Assembly (NCBI GenBank): GCA_963812015.1
Contig: CAWETI010000003.1
Location: forward strand, 736,001 to 800,000
Direction: 5' to 3'
Source of the DNA: an uncultured delta proteobacterium
Lineage (GTDB): Bacteria > Desulfobacterota > Desulfobaccia > Desulfobaccales > 0-14-0-80-60-11
Length of the DNA stretch: 64,000 nucleotides
Numbering within the stretch: the stretch's first letter is position 1; each line of letters begins with the position of its first letter. Made by a program: the position numbers and the translations under genes. Positions 31,107 through 42,184 of this stretch are shown here, in pieces. The notes beneath the pieces were generated by a model that saw only the letters and a program-made list of their open reading frames with translations, searched no databases and was not told the DNA's origin.

Positions 31107-31412
31107 TTTTGGCTATAATATGCCAACTTTCCCTTTGGCGCAAGGCCTGACGGCCGGGTTAATCGCCCGGCCCCGGAGAGGAAGCCGGCGAGGGAGAAAG
31201 GACTTATTCCTGCGAATTTCAGATCATTATGGCCTCGTCAAGCCATCTGAATAGCGTGTGAATCTGACCATTCCCACCAGAACCCTCGGGTTCGAGACGC
31301 CGACTCTCCCAACCGATAATCGCCCTGGGTCCGGAGATTCTTCCGCTTGGCTGCCTTGAAAGAGCAGGTGGCCTATGGTATGATGCGACGATTTTGAACG
31401 GACTTTCAGGAG

Positions 31413-33680
31413 TTGGCGGTGGCGCGTTATTTGATCCCGATCCTGTGGTGCCTGATCTTCCTCATGAGCGTGGGGAGCGCCGGAGCGGCTACAGAGATGG
31501 ACCTGTTCAAGCATGAACGCTTCGAGGGGGGGCCTTGGCGGCTCCGGGCCGACACGGCCACCTATGATGCCACCAATCATGTCTATGCCGCGGCAGGGCA
31601 TGTGGAGATTCGCCAAGGAGACCGCCGCATAACCGCGGACCAGGCGGAGGTCAATGAGGTCACCAAAGTAGCCCGGCTCAAGGGGAATGTGGTCCTGGTT
31701 TTAGGAGAGGATATCTTTGCCGGCCAGGAAGGCCAATTCAACCTGGCGACCCGGTGCGGCGAAATGCAGGGGGCCCGGCTTTTTCTGAATAAAAATCACT
31801 TCCACGTGGACAGCCCCCTGATGCGCAAGACCGGCGATAACACCTATGACGCCGAAGAGGCCAAGGTAACCACGTGTGACGCCGACCGGCCGGTGTGGAG
31901 CTTTTCAGCCCGCAAGCTCGCGGTGGTCACGGAGGGTTATGCCACTGGCCGGGATGGCTTTTTCCGTCTGGCCGGGGTGCCGGTACTTTACCTGCCGGTG
32001 GCCGTCCTGCCGGTGATGAACAACCGGCAAAGCGGCTTTCTCATCCCCACCTATGGGCAGCACCGGGCGGGGGGGGCAGTGGTGGAGGCCCCCTTTTATT
32101 GGGCTATAACTAACTATTCCGACGCCACTTTCTACCAGACCGTTCTTTCTAACCGGGGTTACATGCAAGGGGTGGAGTACCGACGCCTGGGACACGACGA
32201 GGCCGCGACTTATCTCCGGTTTTTCTATATTAATGACAGCTACGCTCCCAGCCACGAAGGCACGACAAACCGCCGCTACTGGGCCTCGGGGATGATCAAC
32301 CAGTCCCTGGACGAATGGTCGGTCCGGGGCACCCTGGATCGGGTCAGCGACTCCGCTTACCTGGCAGACTTCAATTTCGGCTACATGGGCCTCAATAAAT
32401 ATTCCCGGGAACTGCTGATGGATTTTGGCCGGGACCTGGAACAAGAAGACGTCAATACCCGGGTTTCCAACTTTTTGCTGGCCCGCAACTTTTCCCTGGC
32501 TAATTTCACGGTCTACAGCCGCTATTATGAAAAACTGATCAACACTGACCCCAACCTGTTTAACCGGTTGCCGGGGGTCTCGCTCAATTCGGTGCCCATC
32601 CCATTTGGGGGGCTGCCACTTTTTCTCTCCCTGGATTCATCGTACAATTATTTTTACCAAAACCATGGCATGACCGGCGACCGGATGGATTTCCATCCCC
32701 AACTCACTCTCGAAGGCCAACCGACGCCGGGCGTATCGTTCAATTCCCGGACGGGGTTCAGGGAGACCCTATTCCGGGTGGACCACAGCGTCCCGGAGGG
32801 CCCTCCGGAGGATATTATCCCCCGGCAACTGTTCGATTCCCGGGTGGCCATGTCCGGGGCCTGGTCCCGGGACTACGACCGGGATTCCGAATCCGGCAAT
32901 TTTTTCCGACACATCCTGCGCCCCGAGGTGGCTTACTGGAATGTCCCCCGGTTCAATCCCCAGCGCTATCCTCAATTTGATCCCTTGGACCAGGGCTGGG
33001 TGGCCCAGGTCAACCGCAACCTCCCCGTGCAGGATGGGGATGACCCCGTCGGCGGCGTCAACGCCCTTACCTATGGGGTCTCCAACAACCTGCTCTGGCG
33101 CAGCCAGAACCAGCAAGGCCAAACCACAGTGCGGGATATATTGTGGTTCCGTCTGAGCCAGAGCGCCTTCTATAACAAGACCAGCATGGGCCTGGATGGC
33201 ACTCCCGTGCCCCATCATCCTTTCTCCGATTTTTGGGGGGAGATGCAATTTTATCCCCTGCACCAACTCATCCTGGGGACGAACCTGGGAGTTGCTCCTT
33301 ACAAGGAAACATTCGACCGGGCTGATTTCAAGGTGACCATTCTCGATAGTAAGAGGCAAAATTATGTCAACTTGAACTATGTCTTTATCAAGGATTTCGC
33401 CAAACAAATTAACGTCGAAACTTATCTCAATCTCTTTCGCTCCGTAAAAACCTGGGCCACCTATGGGTATACGTTCGAGACGAACAATAAACTGGAAAAA
33501 AGGTATGGGGTGGTGCTGCAACGGGAGTGTTGGGGTATAGTCTTATCGTACACCGACCGGCCGGGTGATCAGAGAGTCGGTTTTACCGTGTTCCTGCCGG
33601 GCTTAGGGGAGAGGTTGCCGCGTTCGCCGGTGCGTTTCCCGAATGAAAGTAAAAATCAAGCGGGCCCTGATCTGTTTTAG
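31413..33680 (+). CDS. lptD: LPS assembly protein
   Basis: Signal peptide, OstA-like N-terminus, TTCD...P.W, RQSGFLIP, C-terminal ECWG. Confidence 0.85.
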   Translation: MAVARYLIPILWCLIFLMSVGSAGAATEMDLFKHERFEGGPWRLRADTATYDATNHVYAAAGHVEIRQGDRRITADQAEVNEVTKVARLKGNVVLVLGEDIFAGQEGQFNLATRCGEMQGARLFLNKNHFHVDSPLMRKTGDNTYDAEEAKVTTCDADRPVWSFSARKLAVVTEGYATGRDGFFRLAGVPVLYLPVAVLPVMNNRQSGFLIPTYGQHRAGGAVVEAPFYWAITNYSDATFYQTVLSNRGYMQGVEYRRLGHDEAATYLRFFYINDSYAPSHEGTTNRRYWASGMINQSLDEWSVRGTLDRVSDSAYLADFNFGYMGLNKYSRELLMDFGRDLEQEDVNTRVSNFLLARNFSLANFTVYSRYYEKLINTDPNLFNRLPGVSLNSVPIPFGGLPLFLSLDSSYNYFYQNHGMTGDRMDFHPQLTLEGQPTPGVSFNSRTGFRETLFRVDHSVPEGPPEDIIPRQLFDSRVAMSGAWSRDYDRDSESGNFFRHILRPEVAYWNVPRFNPQRYPQFDPLDQGWVAQVNRNLPVQDGDDPVGGVNALTYGVSNNLLWRSQNQQGQTTVRDILWFRLSQSAFYNKTSMGLDGTPVPHHPFSDFWGEMQFYPLHQLILGTNLGVAPYKETFDRADFKVTILDSKRQNYVNLNYVFIKDFAKQINVETYLNLFRSVKTWATYGYTFETNNKLEKRYGVVLQRECWGIVLSYTDRPGDQRVGFTVFLPGLGERLPRSPVRFPNESKNQAGPDLF

Positions 33681-33720
33681 GCAGAGCCGGGGGACAGTCG
33701 TTGAGGAGGGTTGCTGCGTT

Positions 33721-35049
33721 ATGAAACTGGCTATAATCGGCGCAGGCTATGTGGGTCTGGTGACCGCCGCCTGCTTTGCCGAAATGGGCAACGAAGTTAT
33801 CTGTGTGGATGCGGATGCCGCCAAGGTGGAAGGCCTGGAACAGGGCCGCATTCCCATCTATGAACCGGGGCTGGAGGATTACGTCAAACGCAATTATCAG
33901 GAACATCGCCTGTTTTTCACCACCGAGTTGGGGCCGGCGATTCAACAGAGCCTGGTTTGCTTCATTGCGGTGGGCACTCCCCAGGACAAAGACGGGTCCG
34001 CCGACTTGTCCATGGTGCTGCAAGTAGCCCGGGACATTGGCCGCCACATGAACGGCTACAAGGTGATCGTGGAAAAATCCACCGTACCGGTGGGTACGGC
34101 CCGGCAAGTGCGCCAGGTCATCCAGGCCGAACTGCAGGCCCGGGGTGAAGTCTTTGAATTCGACGTGGTTTCCAACCCGGAGTTCCTCAAGGAAGGCACG
34201 GCGATTGATGATTTTATGAAGCCGGATCGCATCGTGGTGGGATGCGATGAAGTGCGGGTGGCGGAACTGATGAAGGAGTTGTATGCGCCGTTTGTGCGCA
34301 CCAACCATCCCGTCATTATTATGGACGTAGTGTCCGCCGAACTTACCAAGTATGCCGCCAACGCCTTTCTGGCCACCAAAATTTCTTTCATCAACGAGAT
34401 CGCCAACATCTGCAGCCGGACCGGCGCCGACATCGCCATGGTGCGCCGGGGGATCGGCTCTGATCGCCGGGTCGGGCCCCTCTTTCTATTTCCGGGTCTG
34501 GGGTACGGCGGCTCTTGTTTCCCCAAGGATATGCAGGCCTTGATCCATACGGCGCATGCCTTCCAGTACACGCCCCGCCTGCTGGAGGCGGCGGAGGAAG
34601 TCAACCAGGACCAACGCCGGATCTTTGCGGACGGCATTCGGGCTTACTATAAGAATGACCTGAAGGGGCGGCTGTTTGCCGTCTGGGGACTGTCCTTTAA
34701 GCCGCAAACGGACGACATCCGGGAGGCCCCGGCCCTGACGGTCATCTCCGGCTTGCTGGAGGCGGGAGCCCGGATTCGGGCCTACGACCCGGAGGCCATG
34801 CCTGCGACCCGGCAATACTTTGGGGACCACCAGGGCATTACCTATACCGCTTCCACCTATGAGGCCCTGGAAGGGGCGGAGGCCCTGATTATCTGCACCG
34901 AGTGGAGCAAATTCCGGGAGCCCGATTTCGACCGGATGCGGTCCTTGATGAAGGCCCCGGTGATTTTTGACGGCCGGAACCTTTACAATCCGGCCAAGTT
35001 GGCCAATTTGGGATTCACTTACTTCCACATCGGCCAGAAGACTCAATAG
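33721..35049 (+). CDS. ugd: UDP-glucose 6-dehydrogenase
   Basis: MKLAIIGAGYVG, KSTVPVGT, SNPEFLKEG, GYGGSCFPKD, FKPQTDDIRE; ATG 33721 after GAGGAGG. Confidence 0.93.
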   Translation: MKLAIIGAGYVGLVTAACFAEMGNEVICVDADAAKVEGLEQGRIPIYEPGLEDYVKRNYQEHRLFFTTELGPAIQQSLVCFIAVGTPQDKDGSADLSMVLQVARDIGRHMNGYKVIVEKSTVPVGTARQVRQVIQAELQARGEVFEFDVVSNPEFLKEGTAIDDFMKPDRIVVGCDEVRVAELMKELYAPFVRTNHPVIIMDVVSAELTKYAANAFLATKISFINEIANICSRTGADIAMVRRGIGSDRRVGPLFLFPGLGYGGSCFPKDMQALIHTAHAFQYTPRLLEAAEEVNQDQRRIFADGIRAYYKNDLKGRLFAVWGLSFKPQTDDIREAPALTVISGLLEAGARIRAYDPEAMPATRQYFGDHQGITYTASTYEALEGAEALIICTEWSKFREPDFDRMRSLMKAPVIFDGRNLYNPAKLANLGFTYFHIGQKTQ

Positions 35050-35161
35050 GAATAAACCGGTGGGGTGGGTCTCCATGCCTGCCGCATCGGATATCCCAAG
35101 CATTTAATGGTGACGGCCAGGGACGGCCGCCTTACCAGAGCAGGGTGGAGGCAACCGAAGC

Positions 35162-36661
35162 ATGTCACCCGGGCCGCCGGATTGGCTGGAAATTCAGGGG
35201 GATCGCCTCCTGAACTTGGACCTGGAGGGATTCTCCGGCCTCAGGGTTCTGGTGGCCGGGGACTTCATGCTGGATGAATATCTCTGGGGCAAGGTGGAGC
35301 GCATCTCCCCGGAGGCGCCGGTGGCGGTGGTGGAAGTGGAGCGGGAGACCCGCACCCTGGGGGGCGCCGGCAACGTGGTCAACAACCTGGTGGCCCTGGG
35401 GGCCCAGGTGGAGGTCCTGGGCCTGGTGGGCGACGACAACCCCGGCCGCCTGCTGCGAGAGGAGATGATCCGGCTGGGGGTGGCGGTGGATGGCCTGTTT
35501 ACGGACCCCGGCCGCCGCACCTCCCGGAAGACCCGGGTCATCGGGGCCTCCCAGCAGGTGGTGCGCATCGACCGGGAAACCCGGACCCCGGCCCCGCCGG
35601 CCTTCGAAACCGCCGCCCGGGAGTTTCTCAGCGCTCGCCTGCCCGGGATTCACGCCCTGGTGCTGTCGGATTATGCCAAAGGCGTCCTCACTCCGGGGCT
35701 GCTGCAAGAACTGATCGCCCAGGGGCGCAAACGGGGCTATCCGGTGGTGGTGGACCCCAAAGGCGCGGACTACTCCGGTTACGCCGGGGCCACGGTGATC
35801 ACGCCCAACCGCAGGGAAGCCGAACTGGCGGCGGGGGCTTCCCTGGCCCGGTGGGAGGATCTGGTGCGGGCCGGAACCACGCTCCGGGAGAGCCTTTCCC
35901 TGGAATACCTGCTCATCACCCTGGGGGCGGAAGGCATGCTCCTGTTTGCCGAAGACCGGCCGGAACTGCATATTCCCACCCGGGCCCGGGAAGTGTTTGA
36001 CGTCTCCGGGGCCGGGGACACGGTGGCGGCCCTCATGGCCCTGGGTCTGGCCCAATGGGGTGATCCGGTCCTGGCGGCCACCCTGGCCAACGTCGCCGCG
36101 GGCGTGGTAGTGGGCAAGGTGGGCACCGCCCCTGTCTTCCGGGCCGAACTGGCCCGGGAGTTGGGCCAGGGAGAGGCCCGGCTGGAAGAAAAAATCCGCA
36201 CCCCGGCCGAATTAAGGCTCTTGCTGCCCCAACTCCAGGCCCAGGGGAAGCGGGTAGTGTTCACCAATGGCTGTTTCGACCTGCTCCACGGCGGCCACAT
36301 CAAGTTCCTGGAAGCCTCAAAGCACCTGGGGGACGTGCTGGTGGTGGCGCTGGACTCGGACGAGTCGGTCAAACAGGTGAAAGGGGAGGGGAGGCCGGTC
36401 ATCGGGGAGGAAGACCGCCAGCGCATCCTGGCGGCTCTTTCGGCGGTGGATTACGTCACCGTGTTCACCAGCCACCAGTTGCCGGAACTGCTGGCCGGCT
36501 TGCGTCCCGACATCCTCACCAAGGGGAGCAATTATCCCGAAGCCCAGGTGGCGGGCCGGGAGATCGTGCAAAACTACGGCGGCCAGGTGGAGCTGGTGCC
36601 GGTGACCGAGCCCGTGTCGGTTACTGACCTCATTAATCGGATTCGGGGCGGGGAGGGATAG
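35162..36661 (+). CDS. hldE: bifunctional heptose-7-P kinase/heptose-1-P adenylyltransferase
   Basis: RISPEAPV, LSDYAKG, DVSGAGDT, FTNGCFDLLH.GH. Confidence 0.93.
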   Translation: MSPGPPDWLEIQGDRLLNLDLEGFSGLRVLVAGDFMLDEYLWGKVERISPEAPVAVVEVERETRTLGGAGNVVNNLVALGAQVEVLGLVGDDNPGRLLREEMIRLGVAVDGLFTDPGRRTSRKTRVIGASQQVVRIDRETRTPAPPAFETAAREFLSARLPGIHALVLSDYAKGVLTPGLLQELIAQGRKRGYPVVVDPKGADYSGYAGATVITPNRREAELAAGASLARWEDLVRAGTTLRESLSLEYLLITLGAEGMLLFAEDRPELHIPTRAREVFDVSGAGDTVAALMALGLAQWGDPVLAATLANVAAGVVVGKVGTAPVFRAELARELGQGEARLEEKIRTPAELRLLLPQLQAQGKRVVFTNGCFDLLHGGHIKFLEASKHLGDVLVVALDSDESVKQVKGEGRPVIGEEDRQRILAALSAVDYVTVFTSHQLPELLAGLRPDILTKGSNYPEAQVAGREIVQNYGGQVELVPVTEPVSVTDLINRIRGGEG

Positions 36662-36694
36662 AGATTTCGGGGAGGGGGGCCAAGGGCGCGAGCC

Positions 36695-37714
36695 CTAACC
36701 ACCCATGTCATCCTGCTCTAACGCGACACCGAATAACTTATACACTTCCGACCTCAGCGAGTCGTCGCATGCATTGTACTCGTCCAATACCTCAATTATA
36801 CGGTCGACCTGTTGCTTCAAATCTTGGGTTGAAAGCACATATTCAATCTCATTTGGGAATAAATATTCATTAATGCGATTGAAAGGATCTATTTTAGCGC
36901 TTTTCGCAATCTGAAGAAGAATTAGATAGGAGGTTCGCCAGCCGATGCCCTTTATTATGCGTTGGTACTCCCGATACTCCTTTAGCACCCAGTCGCCAGC
37001 TAGCTCAATCGCACCACGGTACCACGCATGAAACGCCACTACGCGATCACGGTATGCTAAAAAAAGTTCTTCTATATCAACTCCATAATCCAGCCTATGG
37101 AGATATTCCCTAACCGGGCGTGACCATTTTCTTGAAGATAAAAGAACAGATTTTCTAAGATAGAATCTTGTTTCCTGTCCTTCCCCAAATTTAATCGTTG
37201 TCTGCCAATCAGCTGGTAACAGGCGTGAATGTAAAACATAACCTCTTAATTCTTGGATCAGACGGTGGTCAATATGGTGTTTAAATTCTTGATCAATGTG
37301 CTCCTGATAATCTGGGATCATTAACAGTTTCTGTACAACGCGCGAGTGCTCAACCAGTGCGAGCGCCATGGTCGTGACATTGAATAAGTTGCGGCGCACA
37401 GCAAGTTGATAATGTTCTTCCTCAGAGCGGCGTACTCTTGAGCCAAAGTTTGGTTCTATCGATTTCAGTCGAAATGTCTCAATTGAAGCAAAGAGGGCTT
37501 CGGCAGCGTTATTGAATAAGGCCACTGATAACTCTAAGGCATCTATAGCATTCGAATACTTTGCGCCTGGCCGAGACTCTACTTTGCGATTTGTTTGGGT
37601 GGCATTACGGAAGTACGCGATAGTAAGCTCTTCTTCAGACCAAGGTGGCTGTCCTAACCGGATCATTTTGGGTGCGGTGGCTTTACGGAGAATTTCGAGG
37701 TCTCGCTTATTCAT
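36695..37714 (-). CDS. AT-rich hypothetical protein, possible HEPN domain
   Basis: 339-aa ORF with visibly lower GC than neighbours; LRGYVLH (RxxxxH). Confidence 0.6.
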   Translation of the reverse strand: MNKRDLEILRKATAPKMIRLGQPPWSEEELTIAYFRNATQTNRKVESRPGAKYSNAIDALELSVALFNNAAEALFASIETFRLKSIEPNFGSRVRRSEEEHYQLAVRRNLFNVTTMALALVEHSRVVQKLLMIPDYQEHIDQEFKHHIDHRLIQELRGYVLHSRLLPADWQTTIKFGEGQETRFYLRKSVLLSSRKWSRPVREYLHRLDYGVDIEELFLAYRDRVVAFHAWYRGAIELAGDWVLKEYREYQRIIKGIGWRTSYLILLQIAKSAKIDPFNRINEYLFPNEIEYVLSTQDLKQQVDRIIEVLDEYNACDDSLRSEVYKLFGVALEQDDMGG

Positions 37715-37807
37715 GACTCGCTCCGATATAATTAAAACGCCGGGGCTTTGGATAAACGGGCGTTCCCAAGCAGGAGTTTGGGAACGAGAAGAAAGGATTA
37801 ACTTACA

Positions 37808-37833
37808 GTAGGGGCGACCCGGCGGGTCGTCCT
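37808..37833. repeat. GTAG-type REP-like palindrome
   Basis: GTAGGGGCGACCCGGCGGGTCGTCCT; related copies at 45656-45683 and 57970-58041. Confidence 0.7.
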
Positions 37834-37841
37834 TCCCAAAG

Positions 37842-38390
37842 TTATAACCCGCTCAGAAAATCTTCAAGAGAAATCACCCTCGCATATCTCATCCCCAAAG
37901 CTGCCATGAAGGCGCCGTGGACCTGGGCGGCGGGGATGGTCAGGCCTTGAAAGGCGAGGTCCCGGGAGGCGCAGGCGTCGTGGATGACGGTGCAGGCAAA
38001 GCCGAAGTCGAAGGCGGCCCGGGTGGTGGCGTCGACGCACATGTGGCTCATGGCCCCGCCGATGATCAGCTCTTCCACCCCGGCGGTTTGCAACGCCGCC
38101 AATAAGCCGGTGTCCCGAAAGGCGTTGGGATAATGTTTTTGGATGACCGGCTCGCCGGCAAGGGGCCGGAGGCTTTCATGAATCTCCACCCCCACCGTAT
38201 TCGGGAGAAAAAAGGTGGCCCCTGGACCCAGGGCCAGGTGTTGAATGTGGAAAATGGGCCGCCGAGCCTGCCGCCGGGCGGCCAGCAACTCCCGGGCCTT
38301 GGCCCCGGCCTGGGTGATGCCCACCAACTCCATGGCCCCGCCGGGAAAGTAATCATTCTGGAGGTCGATCAGGAGGAGGGCTGATTGCAT
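37842..38390 (-). CDS. isochorismatase-like cysteine hydrolase
   Basis: LLIDLQNDYF, K..PNAF, GAMSHMCVDAT. Confidence 0.9.
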   Translation of the reverse strand: MQSALLLIDLQNDYFPGGAMELVGITQAGAKARELLAARRQARRPIFHIQHLALGPGATFFLPNTVGVEIHESLRPLAGEPVIQKHYPNAFRDTGLLAALQTAGVEELIIGGAMSHMCVDATTRAAFDFGFACTVIHDACASRDLAFQGLTIPAAQVHGAFMAALGMRYARVISLEDFLSGL

Positions 38391-38542
38391 GACGCTGATC
38401 CTCTATTTTCCTGCCAAATCGAGACTTCGGAAAAGGGTTCTTTGGCCGAAGCATCTCGGCTCATCACCAGGATGCCAGTGGCACCGGCTTCCAGCCGGCG
38501 GGCGCATTCGGGAGGACGCCTCAGTCCCTGCCAAAGGGGACA

Positions 38543-39559
38543 TCAGCCGCCTGGGGTCGCCGGGATTTCGCCTTTGGCGTGGTCCTGGAGGTGGCCGTGG
38601 TGCTCGACCCGGTGGATGATGAAGTCCTGCCATTCCTGCCACTGGGCGATGGGATTCATGTGGGTGTGGTCGAGGGGGACCTCGGCCCGGGCGCTGGCGG
38701 CATGGCCCCCGGCGGAGCCCAGTTTGCCAAAAGCCTGTAGGGCCAGGCGGCCGGCGTTCTTGCGCAGGCCGTCGTTCCGGAAGATGACGACCAACCTGTC
38801 CTGGTAGATCCCCCCCACGATGGTCCAGGAGATATCCCCGACCCGGAGGAAGAAATCCGCCAGGATCACCAGGATGTCCGGGGTGTTCACCGGCCCCAGA
38901 AAGGTATAGAGACGGTTGTGGCGGATGCGGAAGCGGTTCAGGGCTTGCTGAAAGTACCCCAGCATGGGAATATTGAATTCGGCAAACTCCAGGCGCCGCA
39001 CCAAGGGCCTCCGGGTGAAGCCGAACAGGTAGTGAAAGGCCCGGACATCGGCTTCAATGGCGGGCCGTTCAAAATTGGCGGTGTCGGTCTTGATGCCATA
39101 GTACAGGGCGGTGGCTAGCTTCAGGGAGGGTTTGATCCGGGCCTCCCGCAGGTATTCGGTCATGATGGTGGAGGTGGCGCCGTATTCCGGGCGGATATCC
39201 ACCAGCCGGGCTTTGGTTTCGAGGAGCCGGGGGTGGTGGTCGATGATCACGTCGTAGTGATAGGGCCTCGACAGTTCATGGTGGGACGGTTGGTTGTCCA
39301 CCAGGGCCTTGCGGTTGTAATCCTCAAGCTTGACCTCCTGGAGGGGGGTGAGGGCAATGCTCAGGAGCTGCACCATCCGTTGATTCTGGGGGCGGGTGAT
39401 GGGGCGGAGGGGGGCAATGGCGCAACAGGTCAGGCGACGCCACAGGAGGCGTTTCAAGGCCAGGGCGCTGGCAATGGCGTCCGGGTCGGGGTCAATCAGG
39501 ATCAGCAGCCGGTCCTCATGGCTGAAAAGCTGGTAGAGTCGTTGAACAACGTTGCGCAT
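38543..39559 (-). CDS. DHH family phosphoesterase
   Basis: DPDPDAIAS, IIDHH, GIKTDT, SAGGH. Confidence 0.9.
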   Translation of the reverse strand: MRNVVQRLYQLFSHEDRLLILIDPDPDAIASALALKRLLWRRLTCCAIAPLRPITRPQNQRMVQLLSIALTPLQEVKLEDYNRKALVDNQPSHHELSRPYHYDVIIDHHPRLLETKARLVDIRPEYGATSTIMTEYLREARIKPSLKLATALYYGIKTDTANFERPAIEADVRAFHYLFGFTRRPLVRRLEFAEFNIPMLGYFQQALNRFRIRHNRLYTFLGPVNTPDILVILADFFLRVGDISWTIVGGIYQDRLVVIFRNDGLRKNAGRLALQAFGKLGSAGGHAASARAEVPLDHTHMNPIAQWQEWQDFIIHRVEHHGHLQDHAKGEIPATPGG

Positions 39560-39892
39560 ATGGCTAAGCCCCTTAAAACATTGTACTCAAGAAGTTGAGC
39601 GGGGGCAAATTGGCAAGCGAGTTTTTTGAAAAAAATCCGGGCATTTCCCCAAAATCCAGGGGGGCGGCGGCGCCAGGCGGGCCCGGATCGGCGATTCCGC
39701 CGGGGGCGGCGCTTTTTCTTTGCCATGCCGGGCCCCTAAATTATACAGTATGAGGGGAGTTCCCCGGAAAGCGGCGCTGCCGCGCCGAATTTTGGGCAGG
39801 GGAGTGGGAGGGTCGGCGAGCTAAGGTCAAAAATCGAGATGGGGACAGGCTGGGGGTTTTAACGCCCCCGAACTACCCCGGATGGAGGCATA

Positions 39893-40873
39893 ATGAACCG
39901 AACCACAGAGGTGGTGAAGCGCATTCTGGCCGGGGAGGTGCGCATCGCGGCGCGCTTGATGCGGGACCTGGATGACGGCAGGCCCGAGGCGCGGGAGATT
40001 CTCAAAGAGATTTACGGCCATAGCGGCCGGGCCCATATCATCGGCATCACCGGCTCCCCCGGGGTGGGCAAAAGCACCCTCACCGACCGCATCATCCAGT
40101 ATCTCCGCCAGGAAGGTAAAACCGTGGGGGTGGTGGCGGTGGACCCTACCAGTCCCTTTTCCGGCGGCGCCATCCTGGGGGACCGGATTCGGATGCAGCG
40201 CCATGCCCTGGATGAAGGCGTCTTTATCCGCTCCCTGGCCACCCGGGGGCATTTTGGCGGCCTCACCTCCTCGGCCCGGGCGGTGATCACCGTGCTGGAC
40301 GCCATGGGCAAGGATTATGTGCTGGTGGAGACCGTGGGGGTGGGCCAGGACGAGGTGGAGATTGCCGCCACCGCCTATACCACGGTGGTGGTGACGGTTC
40401 CCGGCATGGGGGACGACATCCAGGCCATCAAGGCCGGCATCCTGGAAGTGGCCGATATCCTGGTGATCAACAAGGCGGATCGGGAAGGGGCCTCCCGCAC
40501 CTACCAGGAATTGATGCAGATGCTGGAGTTGCGGACCTTTCGGAAGGAAAATCCCTGGAGGCCGCCGGTGCTGCTGACTCAGGCCAAGGATAGCGAAGGC
40601 ATTGCGGAGTTGATGGCGGCGGTGCAGGAGCACCGGGAGTTTCTCCTCCGGGACGGGGGGGCAGCTCTGCGGGAGGCCCGGGCCGCCCGGGTCCGCCAGG
40701 AGTTTCTGGAACTCCTGAAGGAGGGGATTTTCCGGCACCTGCTGCGGCAACTGGAGGGAGATGGCCGCTTGGACCGGGTGTTGGAGAATATCCTGGCGAA
40801 ACAGATCGACCCGTACTCGGCCTGTGAAGCCCTGGTGCTCAAGACCCTGGGGCCCCTGAACAACCCCGTCTGA
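39893..40873 (+). CDS. meaB: methylmalonyl-CoA mutase-associated GTPase
   Basis: GITGSPGVGKST, VDPTSPFSGGAILGDRIRM, ETVGVGQDE, NKAD. Confidence 0.93.
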   Translation: MNRTTEVVKRILAGEVRIAARLMRDLDDGRPEAREILKEIYGHSGRAHIIGITGSPGVGKSTLTDRIIQYLRQEGKTVGVVAVDPTSPFSGGAILGDRIRMQRHALDEGVFIRSLATRGHFGGLTSSARAVITVLDAMGKDYVLVETVGVGQDEVEIAATAYTTVVVTVPGMGDDIQAIKAGILEVADILVINKADREGASRTYQELMQMLELRTFRKENPWRPPVLLTQAKDSEGIAELMAAVQEHREFLLRDGGAALREARAARVRQEFLELLKEGIFRHLLRQLEGDGRLDRVLENILAKQIDPYSACEALVLKTLGPLNNPV

Positions 40874-40958
40874 TTACCTGGCAGGCCTGGACCCGGCGTG
40901 CAATACCTGTTCGGTGAACCGGAGGCGCTCTCGGGGCCGCTCCTATAACCGGAAATTT

Positions 40959-42023
40959 TTAGACTGCGGCGTACCCCGCCTTTTTCGCTGCGGTCTCGGC
41001 CCGCTTGGCCTTCCACATGGCGCCCATGATGATGACGGCGCCCATTAAAAGTGCGAAGCACATGATGAGGAAGCTGGCGGTGCCGAGGACGGCAAGAGTG
41101 GTGTCGCCCATGGAGATGAGCTTCAATTCGGTGAGATATTTCGGCACCGCCAGACCCCGGCTTACGGCCACGATGAGCATGATGCTGCCCATGACTATCT
41201 TGATCATGTGCTCTTTCACATAGGTGGTGCCGATGGCCCCCAGCTGCACCCCCAGGAGGGATCCGGCCAGGATGATGAGGGTGAGGCGGATGTCCACCAT
41301 GCCGTGCATGGCCCACTTGATGGTGCCAAAGAAGCCCATGACGAAGGCGATGACCAGTTCCGTGGCCGAGGACACCAGGCCTCCGGCCCCGATCACATAG
41401 ATCATGCCGGGCACCCCGATGAAGCCGCCCACCGCGATGGTGGCCGCCAGCATCCCGGTGGCGAAACCCACAGGGATGGTGAACCACATGGAGATGCGCA
41501 CGTTGGCGGTCTTGAAGTGGATCATGGGGGGCAGATTGATGGACTGGAGCCACTTGGCCAGAGGCGGAACCTTCTCCTCACCACCGCTCCTGGCGGCCTT
41601 CCAGGCATCGAAAAAGACGTAGCCGCCCACCACCACCAGGATGACTACGAAGGACACACTGACATAGAGGTTGGAGCCTGCCTGGCCCCATTTGGCCAGG
41701 ATCCACTCCTGGATCTGGATGCCCATCCACACCCCCAGGCCTGCGGAGGCCGCCATGACCAGGCCCAGCTTGATGTCAACCTGGCCGTACTTCCAGCGCT
41801 TATACGCCCCCACCATGGCCTTGGGAAACTTGTGGCACATGTTGCTGGCCACGGCCACGGTCCCGGGGACGCCCAGGCTCATCATGCCGGGGGTCAGGAC
41901 AAAGGCCCCGCCGGAGCCGATGAAGCCGCTCACCAGGCCGCCGATGAAACCGACCACGAGCAGGAATAGGATGTACCATATATTCAAGTCGATGAATTGA
42001 ACGCCCGTGGCGATGTCATGCAT
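40959..42023 (-). CDS. sulfite exporter TauE/SafE family protein
   Basis: SGFIGSGGAFVLTP and AVGGFIGVP repeats, multiple TMs. Confidence 0.88.
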   Translation of the reverse strand: MHDIATGVQFIDLNIWYILFLLVVGFIGGLVSGFIGSGGAFVLTPGMMSLGVPGTVAVASNMCHKFPKAMVGAYKRWKYGQVDIKLGLVMAASAGLGVWMGIQIQEWILAKWGQAGSNLYVSVSFVVILVVVGGYVFFDAWKAARSGGEEKVPPLAKWLQSINLPPMIHFKTANVRISMWFTIPVGFATGMLAATIAVGGFIGVPGMIYVIGAGGLVSSATELVIAFVMGFFGTIKWAMHGMVDIRLTLIILAGSLLGVQLGAIGTTYVKEHMIKIVMGSIMLIVAVSRGLAVPKYLTELKLISMGDTTLAVLGTASFLIMCFALLMGAVIIMGAMWKAKRAETAAKKAGYAAV

Positions 42024-42184
42024 TGGTCATTTTCTCCCTATTCGAAAAATTCCGGACTACCTGTTATCCAGCAGTTCTTGATCTAAAATGATTGCAGTAA
42101 TTCTCTCGCGCTAGCCCCAGCCCTCCCCCTTGAAGGAGGAGGGCTGAGATGGGGATAAAGGGAACCGCCTTGCTGCTGCGTTAA

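Noticed and set aside
33643..33720. Extended N-terminus of ugd in the ORF track
   Set aside because: Overlaps lptD; the real start is ATG 33721 with SD
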